Shown here: one piece after another, positions 12,201 through 23,959 of the stretch
Position numbering within the stretch: the first letter of the stretch is position 1
How the letters are laid out: each line of letters starts with the position of its first letter
Assembly: GCA_028826165.1 (NCBI GenBank)
Contig: JAPDFW010000091.1
Location: 62,001 to 126,000 of the forward strand
DNA length: 64,000 nucleotides
Reading direction: 5' to 3'
Source of the DNA: Anaeramoeba ignava BMAN
Lineage: Eukaryota > Protista > Anaeramoebae
Notes under the pieces: generated by a model
Database searches by the model: none
The model's input: the letters and a program-made list of their open reading frames with translations, nothing else
What the model was told of the DNA's origin: nothing
Position numbers and translations under genes: made by a program

Positions 12201-15099
12201 AACCCGACAACACCAAATCGGACGCAGGCGTTGGGATGGATGAAAAGAGGGAATGTTTTTTGGCAAATACGCACGATAGTCTGCGGTCTTAGACACTCCA
12301 AATCACAGAGCATGGAAAGCGTGTCAAGTGCTTTTTCAACAACATATTCTTCAATATCGTTAAGTTTCTCTAAAATACAGGGAAGTAGAACATCCTCTGT
12401 CTGATCGCGCTCCATAAACACTGCGATCTCCACAAAACGATCAAGTACTTCCTCGCGAAGAGTCCATTCTGTTGTGTTAATACACGAGATTAAGAGAATC
12501 AATATGTTCATAACTGCTGTGCTTCTTCCCACAAAAATACACATTTCTGTCACCCTTCCCAAAAGCGCGCGCCGCACATCCACTTGCAAGTCTCCGAACA
12601 TCTTCGTGAAAATGGCAACAAATTGTGTTTCAAGACTCTCTAAATGACTGGATATTGAGATGGTTACATCCGATGAAATTGTTCCTCTTCCTGTTTTCTT
12701 GACAATCTCGAAATCATGATTTTCTGCTTCAATCGCATCGTATATTTCATCTTCGCTCTCTTTTCGAATTAGATTCTCGCTGTCAGAATTTTGCTGAGTG
12801 ATATTTTCATTCATATCATTTCCATTATTTTGATTTTCATCAACAGAAAATCCGTTTTGTTTTTCCGTTTTTAATTTTTCAAGTTCTCTTTCCTTGCGCG
12901 ACAGCAACTCTCCAAGTTCTGCAAATCTTTTCGCAGTCAATGCAAGTCTTCCAATGCATTTGGCAAGAGTAATCTGAACAACCAATTCCGAATCGTTAGC
13001 GAGTGTATGTAAAAAAGGGAGAATGTATTCAACAAACAAAGGCTGATCACTAAGAGAAATTTCTTCCACCATTTCAAGCACACATGTCGCAGTTATAACA
13101 GCTTCTGCTCGCACAACCGCACTTGAATCGCTCAGCATGCTCATCATATATGGCACAATTCGCTCAATTTTAAGCGGATCGGGTAAATATTCTGCAATCA
13201 TGCAAATCACTCGCATGCCATTGATTTTTGTGCTTGTTTTGAAACAGTTTCGAATGGATGAGAGTAAGATATTCAAAACAAGCACAAGCCCTTCTGAGAG
13301 TTTCCCTTGAAAAGACCGTCTTCTTTTGTTCTCGACTCTTCTTTGGAACTCATTCCGCATTTTCACAATTATTGATTCTTTTGGCATTTTTTTTGGATCG
13401 CTATTTTTCTCTTTTTCGAGAAGATCAGAGATTATTTTCAAATGGCGTGTTTTTGTTTTCAGCAGTTTTTTCTCCCGCAAATCCTTTTTAGAATTTGGGG
13501 TTTGTTTTTGATTCTGTTTTTCTTGGAAACGATTTTTGAATTGATTTGCGAAATTTTGAACATTTAAAAGGGATTTTTCTGAATGAAAATGAGATAAAGA
13601 GATCCATTTTTGCTTCATCTCTTGTTCAGCTGAAAGTTGATTTTTTGAACTATCATGACTGCTTTGGAAATTTCTTACAGATCGTGATTTTTTCTTTGTT
13701 TGGGAATCATCGATCAATTCCGTTTGGGGTGAAGTTAAAGGTTGCAGAATAAGATCAATATTCTTTACAATATACTCAATTTTTTCATCTGGAATTAAAA
13801 ACAAGAGGTTTCTAAAAAGCGGGAAATAAAACTTGAAATAATTTGGAAAAACAGTTCCTTCACATTCAGTGAGATATTCACTTGCTTTCTTTCTTTGTGA
13901 TGGATCAAGAGAAATCATGCTTTGAATCAAGTCTTGAATCTGTGGATCTTGAATCGCTTGAATTCTTTGAATTGGATCGTATTCCTTTTTTTTGTAACTG
14001 AGTAATTCCGATAGATGAAAAAGTGGTTCTCCATCAAGAAACATTTCGCTGATAACGCAACCCAATGAAAATATATCAGATGCGCTTGTGAGAGTTGGTT
14101 GTGATTTTGTTGGATTTTCTTTTTCTTTCTCAATTGAATTTTCATTTTGATTTTGATTTTCAATTTGATTTTGATTTTGATTTAAATTTAAATTTAAATT
14201 TTGATTTTGATTTTGATTTTGATTTTGATTTTCGTTTTGATTCTCATTTTGATTCTCATTTATTTTTTCTTTTGATATTGTCTCATCTGGTTCTAAAAAG
14301 AATCTTTCTGGAGCAATATAACATTTTCTTCTTCCAGAAATATCAAAATAATAAGAGAAATCTGATGGATTATTCTAAAAAGAATTTTTTGTTTTGTTTT
14401 GTTTTGTTTTTGAATTGTTTTTTTTTTGAATTGTGAATTTGATTTAAAATTGAAAATGAATTTGATTTACTTGGGGAAGCATAACTGGTTTAAATATCGC
14501 AAAATCTGTTAAAAAAACCCACATAAATGAAGTAATTAAAATATTTTCAGTTTTAAGATCTCCATGATAAACACCAACTCCATCAGAATCACGCAAAGCC
14601 ATTAATATTTGATAAAGAATCCATCTTTTTTCAAGTGACGTTAAAAACGGTCTTGTGCTAAAAAACGAAAAATAATAAAAATTAAGAAAAAAATAAGAAC
14701 GTAAGTTAAAAATTCTTTTTTGATTTTTTTTTTAGATTAAATTCAAAAAAAAAAAAAAAAAAATCAAAACCTCAAACGATCTTTAAGATTAGAAAACAAA
14801 TAATTTCGAATAAGATAACCTGCTCGATTTGTTTCAACAAGATCTGTGTGAGTTATAAAATTGGAAGAGTTTAACGATGAAATATTTGATTTTATTTGAT
14901 TTAGTAATTTTTTATATTTCCGAAAATTTGTGCTTGGATCGTGTTTTGGAAACACTTTAACATAAACAGGACCTGAATCATCTTTCATCATTTTCATTGT
15001 TTTAAAAAATCTCCCTCCTTTTACTTGATCTGTTAATGTATATCCTTCGAGTTCATATAGATAATTCCATTTGGGAAGTGAATCTAGTTGATTTCCCAT
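9272..15099 (-). CDS. VPS15: VPS15 / PIK3R4 (kinase-like, HEAT, WD40), 4 exons
   Basis: Exons 15099-14771, 14657-14471, 14374-10201 and 9633-9272 join in frame. N-myristoylation MGNQL start, HGDLKTENIL, DFAIFKP..NNPSDFSYYFDISGRRKCYIAPERF, HEAT repeats (IERIVPY, FIHPNACVR) and C-terminal WD40s. Confidence 0.95.
9655..10170. repeat. Degenerate (TATTTGAATATTT)-type minisatellite in the last VPS15 intron
   Basis: Visible tandem 8-14 bp units between splice sites 9634 and 10200. Confidence 0.85.
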
Positions 15100-15160
15100 C
15101 GAATAAAATTTTGAAAAAAATGAAAAATGAAAAATGAAAAAAGAAAAATGAAAAATTTTT

Positions 15161-15178
15161 TTCATTTTTTTTCTTTTC
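15161..15178 (+). promoter_or_regulatory. Initiator-like TTCATTTTTTTTCTTTTC element in a 113-bp divergent promoter (VPS15 / RCC1-BTB)
   Basis: The same TCA-T(n)-C(C/T)TTTT motif lies about 10-60 nt upstream of most ATGs in the window. Confidence 0.55.
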
Positions 15179-15212
15179 GAAAAATTAATAAATTAAAAAA
15201 TAAACAAAGAAA

Positions 15213-16946
15213 ATGAATCAAATTTTATTTTTTGGAAGAAATAAATACCCAAGACTTATCGAAAATGAACCAGAAAAAATAAAAAAACCAATTCAATTTA
15301 AATTTGAAAATGAAAATGAAAAACAAATTAAACAAATTGAATCAAGTTATTTTTCAACAATTTTCCTTTTTGAAAATGGAAAAGCAATAGAATATTTAAA
15401 TGATTCATATCAAAATCCTGAAAAAATTCAAATTGAAGAAAATATTCAAAAAGTAACTGTTGTTTCTAGAAGTGAAGCTATTTTAACAAAAGAAGGAAAT
15501 GTATTTGCAAAAGGAAGAAATATTAATCCAAAAACCCAAAAGAATTTATCAATATTTCATCATTAATTGAAGATACAAATGATAGATTAATTCAAGATAT
15601 TGTTTCTGGAACTAATAATTCAATTTATTTATTAACTTCAAATCAAATGCTTATGGAATTGGTTCAAATCAAGATGGTCAACTTGGTTTAGATTCTGAAA
15701 CACTTAAAACAACAGAAAAACCAATTTTAATAATGAAAAATGTTTCTAAGATATTTTCAGGAATAACTTCAAATTCTGTTTTTCTTTTGAATTCAAATCA
15801 AGAATTATTCGGATGTGGTGATAATAGATATGGTCAACTTGGATTAGGAGAATCAAGAAAAGAAAACAATCCAAAAATTAACACAAATCCAAAATATTCC
15901 AAAAGGTAAAATAATTGATATTCAATGCGGATATTGGCATTCAATAATGTTGATTGAAAATCCAGAAAGAAAACTTTATTCATGCGGATATTATCAATAT
16001 AATGGACTTGGCAATAATCAAACTACTTATGAATTTACTGAAATCAAATCATCTTTATTTGAAAATGATAATATTATTGATTTTTCTGTTGGAAATCTTC
16101 ACACTTTGATTTTAACTTCCAATCCAAAATTAATTGGATTTGGAGAGAATTATTATGCACAATTAGGAATTGGAAATACATATAATCAATCAATTCCAAT
16201 TCAAATTGAACTTCCTAAATTAAGATTTAATGAAAATATTTCTAATTATCATGTTCTTTGTAGAAATGAAAAATCATTTCTTTATTATTCTCCTCCTTCT
16301 TTTTCCAATCTTGAAGAAGATTTGATAAAATTATTTGAAAGAAAAGAATTTTGTGATATTTCATTTAAAACCAAAAATGGAGAAATAATTGAAGCTCATA
16401 AATTAATATTGAAATATAGATTAAATCAAAATCAAAATCAAATTGAAAAACTTAAAGAAATTATTTCAAAAAAATCAATTCAAAGAATCAAATCAAATAT
16501 TTGAAATGATTTATTCAAACAGAATAATAAATCCAAAATTATATTCAGAAATTAAAGAAATTATAAATTTAAATGAAAAAATTGAAGAAACAATGAAAAG
16601 AATTTATTTAAATGAAAATGAAAATGATTTTATAATTGAAAGAAAAGGAAAACAATATAAATTTCCTAAATTAATATTAATAATGAGAAGTGAATTATAT
16701 CGAGGAATGTTTTTATCTGTAACTGAAGATAAATCTAATAAAGTTACAGATTATAGTGAATTAAGTAATAAATCATTTCAAATATTAGAATATTGGATTT
16801 ATTCAAATCAAATTAAAGATGGAATTCAAATTACAAAAGAAATAATTGATGAAATTCAAATTGGAATTGATTATTTTCAATTAAATCAAACAAATCCAAA
16901 TTTATTTGATTTATTAATTAACAAATTTAATAATCAAAATCAATAA
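15213..16946 (+). CDS. RCC1-repeat + BTB-domain protein, with about 4 single-base frameshifts (errors or a young pseudogene)
   Basis: RCC1 motifs GSNQDGQLG, GDNRYGQLG, IIDIQCGYWHS and GENYYAQLG. BTB-like FCDISF...AHKLIL and RSELYRGMFLSV. Fragments 15213-15566, 15947-16504 and 16443-16946 are collinear in shifting frames. Confidence 0.8.
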
Positions 16947-17200
16947 AAAATAAGAATAGATTTAATTTAATATTTAATTTATAAATTAATTTAAAAATAT
17001 AATTTAATATTTAATATTATGTTTAAAATAATAATTTAATGTTTTAGATTTAAATATTTTCTTATTTAAATATTTAACATATAAATATAAAAAATAAGAA
17101 TAGATTTAATTTAATATTTAATTTATAAATTAATTTAAAAATATAATTTAATATTTAATTTTATTATTAAAATAATAATTTAATGTTTTAGATTTAAAAA
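16945..17200. repeat. Two-copy tandem repeat, unit about 144 bp
   Basis: AAAATAAGAATAGATTTAATTTAATATTT at 16947 and 17091. Confidence 0.8.
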
Positions 17201-17613
17201 AATTTTTTTATTTTATTTAAAAATATTTTGAAAATTGATTTTTGAAATTAAAATTTTATCTTTTTTTGAATTAAATTGAATTAATATTAATTTGGAAATT
17301 TGTTTTTAAAATTTAAATTTATTAATAATTTTTAAATTCCAAAAAAAAATTAAATTAAAAATTAAATTAAAAATAATTTTCCTTTTTTTTTAATAAAAAA
17401 ATTAATAAAAATAATAATAATTTATTAATAAATTAATTTAAAATAATAAATTCAAAAAGAAAATTAAATTAATTTTTCCTTTAAATTTATTCTTATTTTT
17501 ATATTTTTTAAATTTATTTTCAAAATCCACTTTTTATTCATTTTTAAATTTTTTTCATTTTTCCTTTTTAAACAACAAACACAAAAACAAAAAACACAAA
17601 AACAAAAAACAAA

Positions 17614-19191
17614 ATGGATAATAATAATAATAATAACCAAATTGAAAATGCAAATCAAAATCAAAATGAAAATGAAAATGAAATGAAAAATTTAGAAAAA
17701 AAAGTAACAAAAAATTTAATTAAAGATTATTCAAACCTTTTAAATGGAAATTCATTTAAAGATTTTTCAATTTTTGTTGAGAATAAATCAAATCCTTTTG
17801 AAATTAAAGTTCATAAATCAATTTTATCTTCAAGATCTCCTTTTTTTAATGAATCATTAAGGCAAGAATCTCTTTCTATTTCTTTAAATCAATTTAATAA
17901 AAAAGAAATGGAATCAATTTTGAGTTATATTTATTATGGAAATATTTCTTTTGAGAATCAAGAAAATCTTCTCCAATTATTGGAAATTTCAATTTATTTT
18001 AAATTAAATTTATTGAAAGAAATTATTCAAAAAAAAATTTCAAATTCAATTAATTATTCAAATTTTTTCCAATTTTTATTCCAAAATCGAAATTTAAATT
18101 CAAATGAAATTGAAATAAAATGTTTTGAATTAATAAATCAAAATTTTTCCCAAATTCAAAATAATGAGAATTTATTCAATTTAACTAAAGAAGAAATTAT
18201 CAAATTTATTCAATTTAAACAAGAAAAAAAAGAAATTTTTCAATTTGATTTTTTTCAATTTTTAAATAATTGGATTGAAAAAAGAAATAAAAAATTAAAA
18301 GGAAAGAAAGAAAAGGAAAAAGAAAAAGAAAAAGAAAAAGAAAAGGGAATTGAAAAGAAGAGATTATTTCATTCTTTTTTTTCATTATTTGATAAAGATT
18401 CAATTTCAAAACAAGATTTTGATAAATTAAAACAATTTGATATTTTTCCTAAATCTTTTTTAATTGATATTCAAAACAAAGTTATTCAAGATAATCAAAA
18501 AGAAAATCAACAAATGAAAATTGAAATTGAAGAGAAATGGAAGAAAGAGGTTGAGGATAAAAACAAAGAAATTGAAGAGAAATGGAAGAAAGAAATTGAG
18601 AAAATGAAACCTATTTTTGATAAATATCGAGATCAACATTTTTCAGATTCAGAAATTGTTCAAGATATTGAATATGTTAAGAAATTACAAGAATGGATAA
18701 ATGATAATGATTTTTTTTATAAAATGAAAAAAGGATTTTCAGCAAAAAGAGATGGATTTAATTGTCAAAATTGGCATAAAGCAGTTGATGGGAAAGGAAA
18801 AACATTAGTTATTATCAAAACAAAAGATAATTTTATTTTTGGAGGTTTTACTCAAGTTGGATTTAATGGAACTACAGAATGGACTAATGATTCAAATGCA
18901 TTTATTTTTTCATTAAGAAATGATAAAGGGGATAGAATACCTGCAAAGTTTACATATAAACAAAATTATGCAATTTTTTGTGGTTTAAGTTATGGTCCAT
19001 TATTTGGATATAATATTGGGTATTATTGGGATTTCGGTTTAAATTCTGATTTACAACCTGGTTATTCGAATATTGGTTATAGTTATAATCCACCTAATGG
19101 AATTACTTATAATACAAATGAATCAAAAAGTTATTTAGCTGGTTCTCCGAATTCATGGGTTGTTGATGAAGTTGAAACTTATTTCATTTAA
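17614..19191 (+). CDS. BTB/POZ + coiled-coil + TLDc domain protein (525 aa, intronless)
   Basis: N-terminal BTB (FKDFSI...VHKSILSSRSPFF, ILSYIYYG). C-terminal TLDc (FSAKRDGF, KGKTLVIIKT, FIFGGFT, AFIFSL, YGPLFG, VDEVETY). Confidence 0.9.
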   Translation: MDNNNNNNQIENANQNQNENENEMKNLEKKVTKNLIKDYSNLLNGNSFKDFSIFVENKSNPFEIKVHKSILSSRSPFFNESLRQESLSISLNQFNKKEMESILSYIYYGNISFENQENLLQLLEISIYFKLNLLKEIIQKKISNSINYSNFFQFLFQNRNLNSNEIEIKCFELINQNFSQIQNNENLFNLTKEEIIKFIQFKQEKKEIFQFDFFQFLNNWIEKRNKKLKGKKEKEKEKEKEKEKGIEKKRLFHSFFSLFDKDSISKQDFDKLKQFDIFPKSFLIDIQNKVIQDNQKENQQMKIEIEEKWKKEVEDKNKEIEEKWKKEIEKMKPIFDKYRDQHFSDSEIVQDIEYVKKLQEWINDNDFFYKMKKGFSAKRDGFNCQNWHKAVDGKGKTLVIIKTKDNFIFGGFTQVGFNGTTEWTNDSNAFIFSLRNDKGDRIPAKFTYKQNYAIFCGLSYGPLFGYNIGYYWDFGLNSDLQPGYSNIGYSYNPPNGITYNTNESKSYLAGSPNSWVVDEVETYFI

Positions 19192-19649
19192 AAATTAATT
19201 AATAATAAGAAAATCAAACTTTTTTTTTTTAATTTTTTTTTTCAAAATTTAATTCAATTTTAATTTACTTTTAATCAAATTAATTTCTTTAAAATAATAA
19301 ATAAGAAACAAATTTAATTTTAAATAATTTAATTTTAATTTAAAATATTTATTAAAAATTTAATTAATAAAAAATAATCCAAAAAAAAAAAATAATAAAT
19401 TTTAAAAATTGAATATTTTTAATATAATAAATAAAAATAAAAATTGAAAATAGAAATTAATAATAATTAAATTTAAATTCATTAATTAAAATATTAAAAA
19501 TAAAAAAAATCAAATAAAATTTATTATTAATTATTATTTAAATATTAATAAATTATAATCAAAATCAAAAATAGAATAATTAGTAAATTATTTTTTTAGA
19601 AAGTTTATCTTATTAAATCATGTTAAATTCAATTTATTTAAAATTTTTA

Positions 19650-20422
19650 ATTTTTAATTTTATTTTTAATATATTTTATTATAATTAAAATTGGAATAAT
19701 AAATAATTAAAAATATTAATATAATAAATAAAATTATTATTTCAGATTAAAATAAAATAAATCTAAATTAAATTATTATTAAATATTATTAAAATTAAAT
19801 ATTTATCTTTATTAAAATATTTATTCCACTTTTTAATATATTTTATTATAATTAAAATTGAAATAATAAATAAATAAAAATATTAATATAATAAATAAAA
19901 ATATTATATTAAATTAAAATAAAATAAATCTAAATTAAATTATTATTAAATATTATTAAAATTAAATATTTATATTTATTAAAATATTTCAATTTTTCTT
20001 CTCAATTTTATTAAATTATTGAGAATAATTTTATATTATTTTAAATAAAGAAATATTAATAAAATATATAAAATAGAATTAATTTTAAATTTAATTATTT
20101 AATATTCTTTATTCTATTTTTGAAATAAATCAATTAAAATATTTTAATAAATTTTATTAAATTATTGAGAATAGTTTTTATATTATTTTAAATAAAAGAA
20201 ATTTTAATAAAATATTAAAATACAATTAATTTTAAATTTAATTATTTAATATTCTTTTATTCCATTTTGAAATAAATTAATTAAAATATTTTTATTATTT
20301 GTATTAAATTATTGGGAATAATTTTATATTATTTTAAATAAAGAAATATTAATTAAATATATAAAATATAATTAATTTTAAATTGAATTATTTAATATTC
20401 TTTATTCCATTTTTGAAATAAA
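19650..20422. repeat. Two short intergenic tandem arrays: about 167-bp unit x2, then about 146-bp unit x3
   Basis: TTTTAATATATTTTATTATAATTAAAATTG at about 19664 and 19831. TTAAATTATTG(A/G)GAATA at about 20011, 20157 and 20304. Confidence 0.75.
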
Positions 20423-20424
20423 TT

Positions 20425-20754
20425 AATGAAAAAGATTTTATTATTGAAAGAAAAGAAAAACAATATAAATTTCCAAAATTAATATTAATAATGAGAAGTG
20501 AATTATATCGAGGAATGTTTTTATCTGTAACAGAAGATAAATCAAATAAAGTTACAGATTATAGTGAATTAAGTAATAAATCATTTCAAATATTTGAATA
20601 TTGGATTTATTCAAATCAAATTAAAGAAGATGAAATTCAAATTACACAAGAAATTATTAATGAAATTCAAATTGGAATTGATTATTTTCAATTAAATCAA
20701 ACATATCCAAATTTATTTGATTTATTAATTAACAAATTTAATAATCAAAATTAA
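20425..20754 (+). pseudogene. 5'-truncated paralogous copy of the RCC1-BTB 3' end
   Basis: Near-identical to about 16620-16946 (MRSELYRGMFLSVTEDKSNKVTDYSELSNKSFQI...). It starts directly after satellite DNA, with no upstream exon visible. Confidence 0.75.
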
Positions 20755-20816
20755 AAATTCAAAAAATTTTTTTCATTTTTTTCTTTTCAGAAAATTAAAT
20801 AATAAAAAAAAAGAAA

Positions 20817-21404
20817 ATGAAACGAGTTAATTTATTTTCAATTGGAGATTCAGATTCAGATTCAATATTTATGTTAATTTCATACACAACAAATGTATTT
20901 TCAATAGAATACATTCCAACAATTTTTGATAATTACAATTCAAACGTGATGATAGAAGGAAATCCAATTAATTTAACATTATTCGGAACATCAACAGTCG
21001 AGGACTTCCATAAAATTTGTGAGAATTCTTCTCCTCAAGTTGATTCTTTCTTGGTTTGCTTCTCTTTGATTTCTCGTTCTTCTTTTGAAAATATAAAAAA
21101 TATTTGGATTCCTCAAATCCAAAATTCTCGTGAAAATGTTCCTTTTTTTCTGATTGGAACTCATTTAGATTTGAGAGATGATCAAGAAACAATCAAGAGA
21201 TTGGAAGAAAAAGGTTTGTCTCCTGTCAGTTATGAAGATGGAGCAAATCTAGCTCAAGAAATAAAAGCAGTTAAATATTTGGAATGTTCTTCTGTAACCC
21301 AAAAAAATTTGAAAAATGTTTTTGATGAAGCAATTCTTTTTGTTCTTAATCCTCAAAAATTCCAAAAACCAAATCAATCCAAAAATAAATGTTTGATTTT
21401 TTGA
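20817..21404 (+). CDS. Rac-family small GTPase with degenerate G1/G3/G4 motifs (probable pseudoGTPase)
   Basis: Collinear with Rac1: LISYTTN, EYIPTIFDNY, FLVCFSLIS, LDLRDD, AVKYLECS, VFDEAI, CaaX CLIF. The P-loop reads GDSDSDSI, G3 reads GTSTVE and G4 reads THLD. Confidence 0.9.
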   Translation: MKRVNLFSIGDSDSDSIFMLISYTTNVFSIEYIPTIFDNYNSNVMIEGNPINLTLFGTSTVEDFHKICENSSPQVDSFLVCFSLISRSSFENIKNIWIPQIQNSRENVPFFLIGTHLDLRDDQETIKRLEEKGLSPVSYEDGANLAQEIKAVKYLECSSVTQKNLKNVFDEAILFVLNPQKFQKPNQSKNKCLIF

Positions 21405-21482
21405 TTTTTTAATTTTTCATTTTTTTCATTTTTCATTTTTCATTTTTTTCTTTTCCAAATAAATAAAAATAAAAAGAGAAAA

Positions 21483-23692
21483 ATGAGTGATTCTCCAAAA
21501 GAAAATCAAAATAAAAAAGAATCTATTGAAGAAACAATAAAAGAAATGAAAGAATACCCAAATAATGAAATTATTCAAGAAAAATTTATTTCAATTTTAA
21601 TTAATATTGCTCTTAATTCAGGTAAAAAAAATTATAAGAATAAAACACAATATTTATTTATTTCTTTCTTTCCATCAACATTTAAAAATCAATTCCAATT
21701 TATTTTCCCAATAAAATAAAAAATAGAAAACCAAATTGAAATTAGAAATTTAAAAGGGATTGAACCTATTATTAAAGCAATGAATAATTTTCCAAATAAT
21801 CAATTTATTCAAGAAAAAGGATGCAGAGCTTTAGGAAATATTGTTATTGATAAAGGTAAATAAATTTATTAAAATATTTTAATAAATTATTATTAATTAA
21901 TAATCAAAAAATAGAAAACCAAATTGAAATTAGAAATTTAAAAGGGATTAAACCTATTATTAATGCAATGAATAATTTTCCAAATAATCAATTTATTCAA
22001 GAAAAAGGATGCAGAGCTTTAGGAAATATTGTTAGCAATAAAGGTAAATAAATTTATTAAAATATTTTAATAAATTATTATTAATTAATAATCAAAAAAT
22101 AGAAAACCGAATTGAAATTAGAAATTTAAAAGGGATTGAACCTATTATTAATGCAATGAATAATTTTCCAAATAATCAATTTATTCAAGAAAAAGGATGC
22201 AGAGCTTTAGGAAATATTGTTATTGATAAAGGTAAATAAATTTATTAAAATATTTTAATAAATTATTATTAATTAATAATCAAAAAATAGAAAACCAAAT
22301 TGAAATTAGAAATTTAAAAGGAATTGAACCTATTATTAATGCAATTAATAATTTTCCAAATAATCAAAATATTCAATTAGGAGGATGTTGGGCTTTAGGG
22401 AATATTGCTGATGATAAAGGTAAATAAATTTATTAAAATATTTTAATAAATTATTATTAATTAATAATCAAAAAACAGAAAACCAAATTGAAATTAGAAA
22501 TTTAAAAGGAATTGAACCTATTATTAATGCAATGAATAATTTCCCAAATAATCAAGATATTCAATTAGGAGGATGTTGGGCTTTAGGGAATATTGCTGAT
22601 GATAACAAAGGTAAATAAAAATAAAAATATTTTAATAAAAATAAATATTTTCATCAATTTATTTTCCCAATAAAAACAAATCAAAAATAGAAAATAAAAT
22701 TGAAATTAGAAATTTAAAAGGAATTGAACCTATTATTAAAGCAATGAATAATTTTCCAAATAATCAAGGTATTCAAGAAAAAGGATGTGAGGCTTTATTG
22801 AATATTGTTATTGATAATGGTAAATATAAATTAAAATATTTTAATAAATTATTATTAATTAATAATCAAAAAATAGAAAATAAAATTGAAATTAGAAATT
22901 TAAAAGGAATTGAACCTATTATTAAAGTAATGAATAATTTCCCAAATAATCAAGATATCCAATTAAATGGATGTGAAGCTTTAGGGAATATTGCTTTTTA
23001 TAATAATGGTAAATAAAAATATAAATAAAAATATAAATATAAATATTTTCATCAATTTATTTCCAAAACAAAATCCAATAAAAAAATCAAAAATAGAAAA
23101 CAAAATTGAAATTAGAAATTTAAAAGGAATTGAACCTATTATTAATGCAATGAATAATTTCCCAAATAATCAAGATATACAATTAAATGGATGTTGGGCT
23201 TTAGGAAATATTGTTGGCAATAAAGGTAAATAAAAATATAAATAAAAATATAAAAATAAATATTTTCATCAATTTATTTTTCCAATAAAAACAAATCAAA
23301 AAATAGAAAACCAAATTGAAATTAGAATTTTAAAAGGAATTGAACCTATTATTAATGCAATGAATAATTTTCCAAATAATCAAGATATTCACAAATATGG
23401 ATGTGGAAACTTTAAGGAGTATTGCTTTTTATAATAATGGTAAATCAATTTCAAATCAAAATGTGGAATAAAAAAATGGAAAAATGATTATTTATTTATT
23501 AATTTAATTAAAATATTTTTTCTTTTCCAAATAAAAATTCAAAAAAAAAAAGTAAATCAAATTGAAATAAAGAGATTAAATGGAATTGAACTTATCAAAA
23601 AAGTAATGAATGATTTTCCAAATAATCAAGATATCCAAAAATATGGGAAATTGGTTCTAGAAGAATTTGAAAAAAATGAATTCTACTATTAA
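21483..23692 (+). CDS. Armadillo-repeat (aardvark-like) protein, 11 exons, one 43-44 aa ARM repeat per exon
   Basis: Exon 1 is 21483-21621. Nine near-identical repeat exons follow (ENQIEIRNLKGIEPIINAMNNFPNNQxIQxxGCxALGNI), all flanked by phase-1 G|GTAAAT...AG introns. The terminal exon ends EKNEFYY* at 23692. One extra G at about 23406. Confidence 0.9.
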
Positions 23693-23959
23693 TTTTAATT
23701 TCATCTTCTTTTTCTTTTTCTTTCAAAATTAATTAATTAATGAATTAATAAAAAACAGAAAACAAATTTAAAGGACAAAATCAATGTTTTTTATTGAAAC
23801 TTTGTTGGAAATGAAAATTAAAATTAAAATTAAAATTAAAATTGGAAAAAAAAAGGAATTGAAGGAAAACGAGATTTTAATAAAAAAATTGTGTTTTTTT
23901 TTTTTAAAAAAAATGTTCGAAAAGAGTTTGATGTGAAAATTTGCCAAATATAATTTGAG

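Noticed and set aside
10201-14374. Intein insertion in VPS15 or other long ORFs (inteins are reported from Anaeramoeba)
   Set aside because: No Hint block A/B/G motifs or LAGLIDADG elements recognised; the inserts look like low-complexity linkers.
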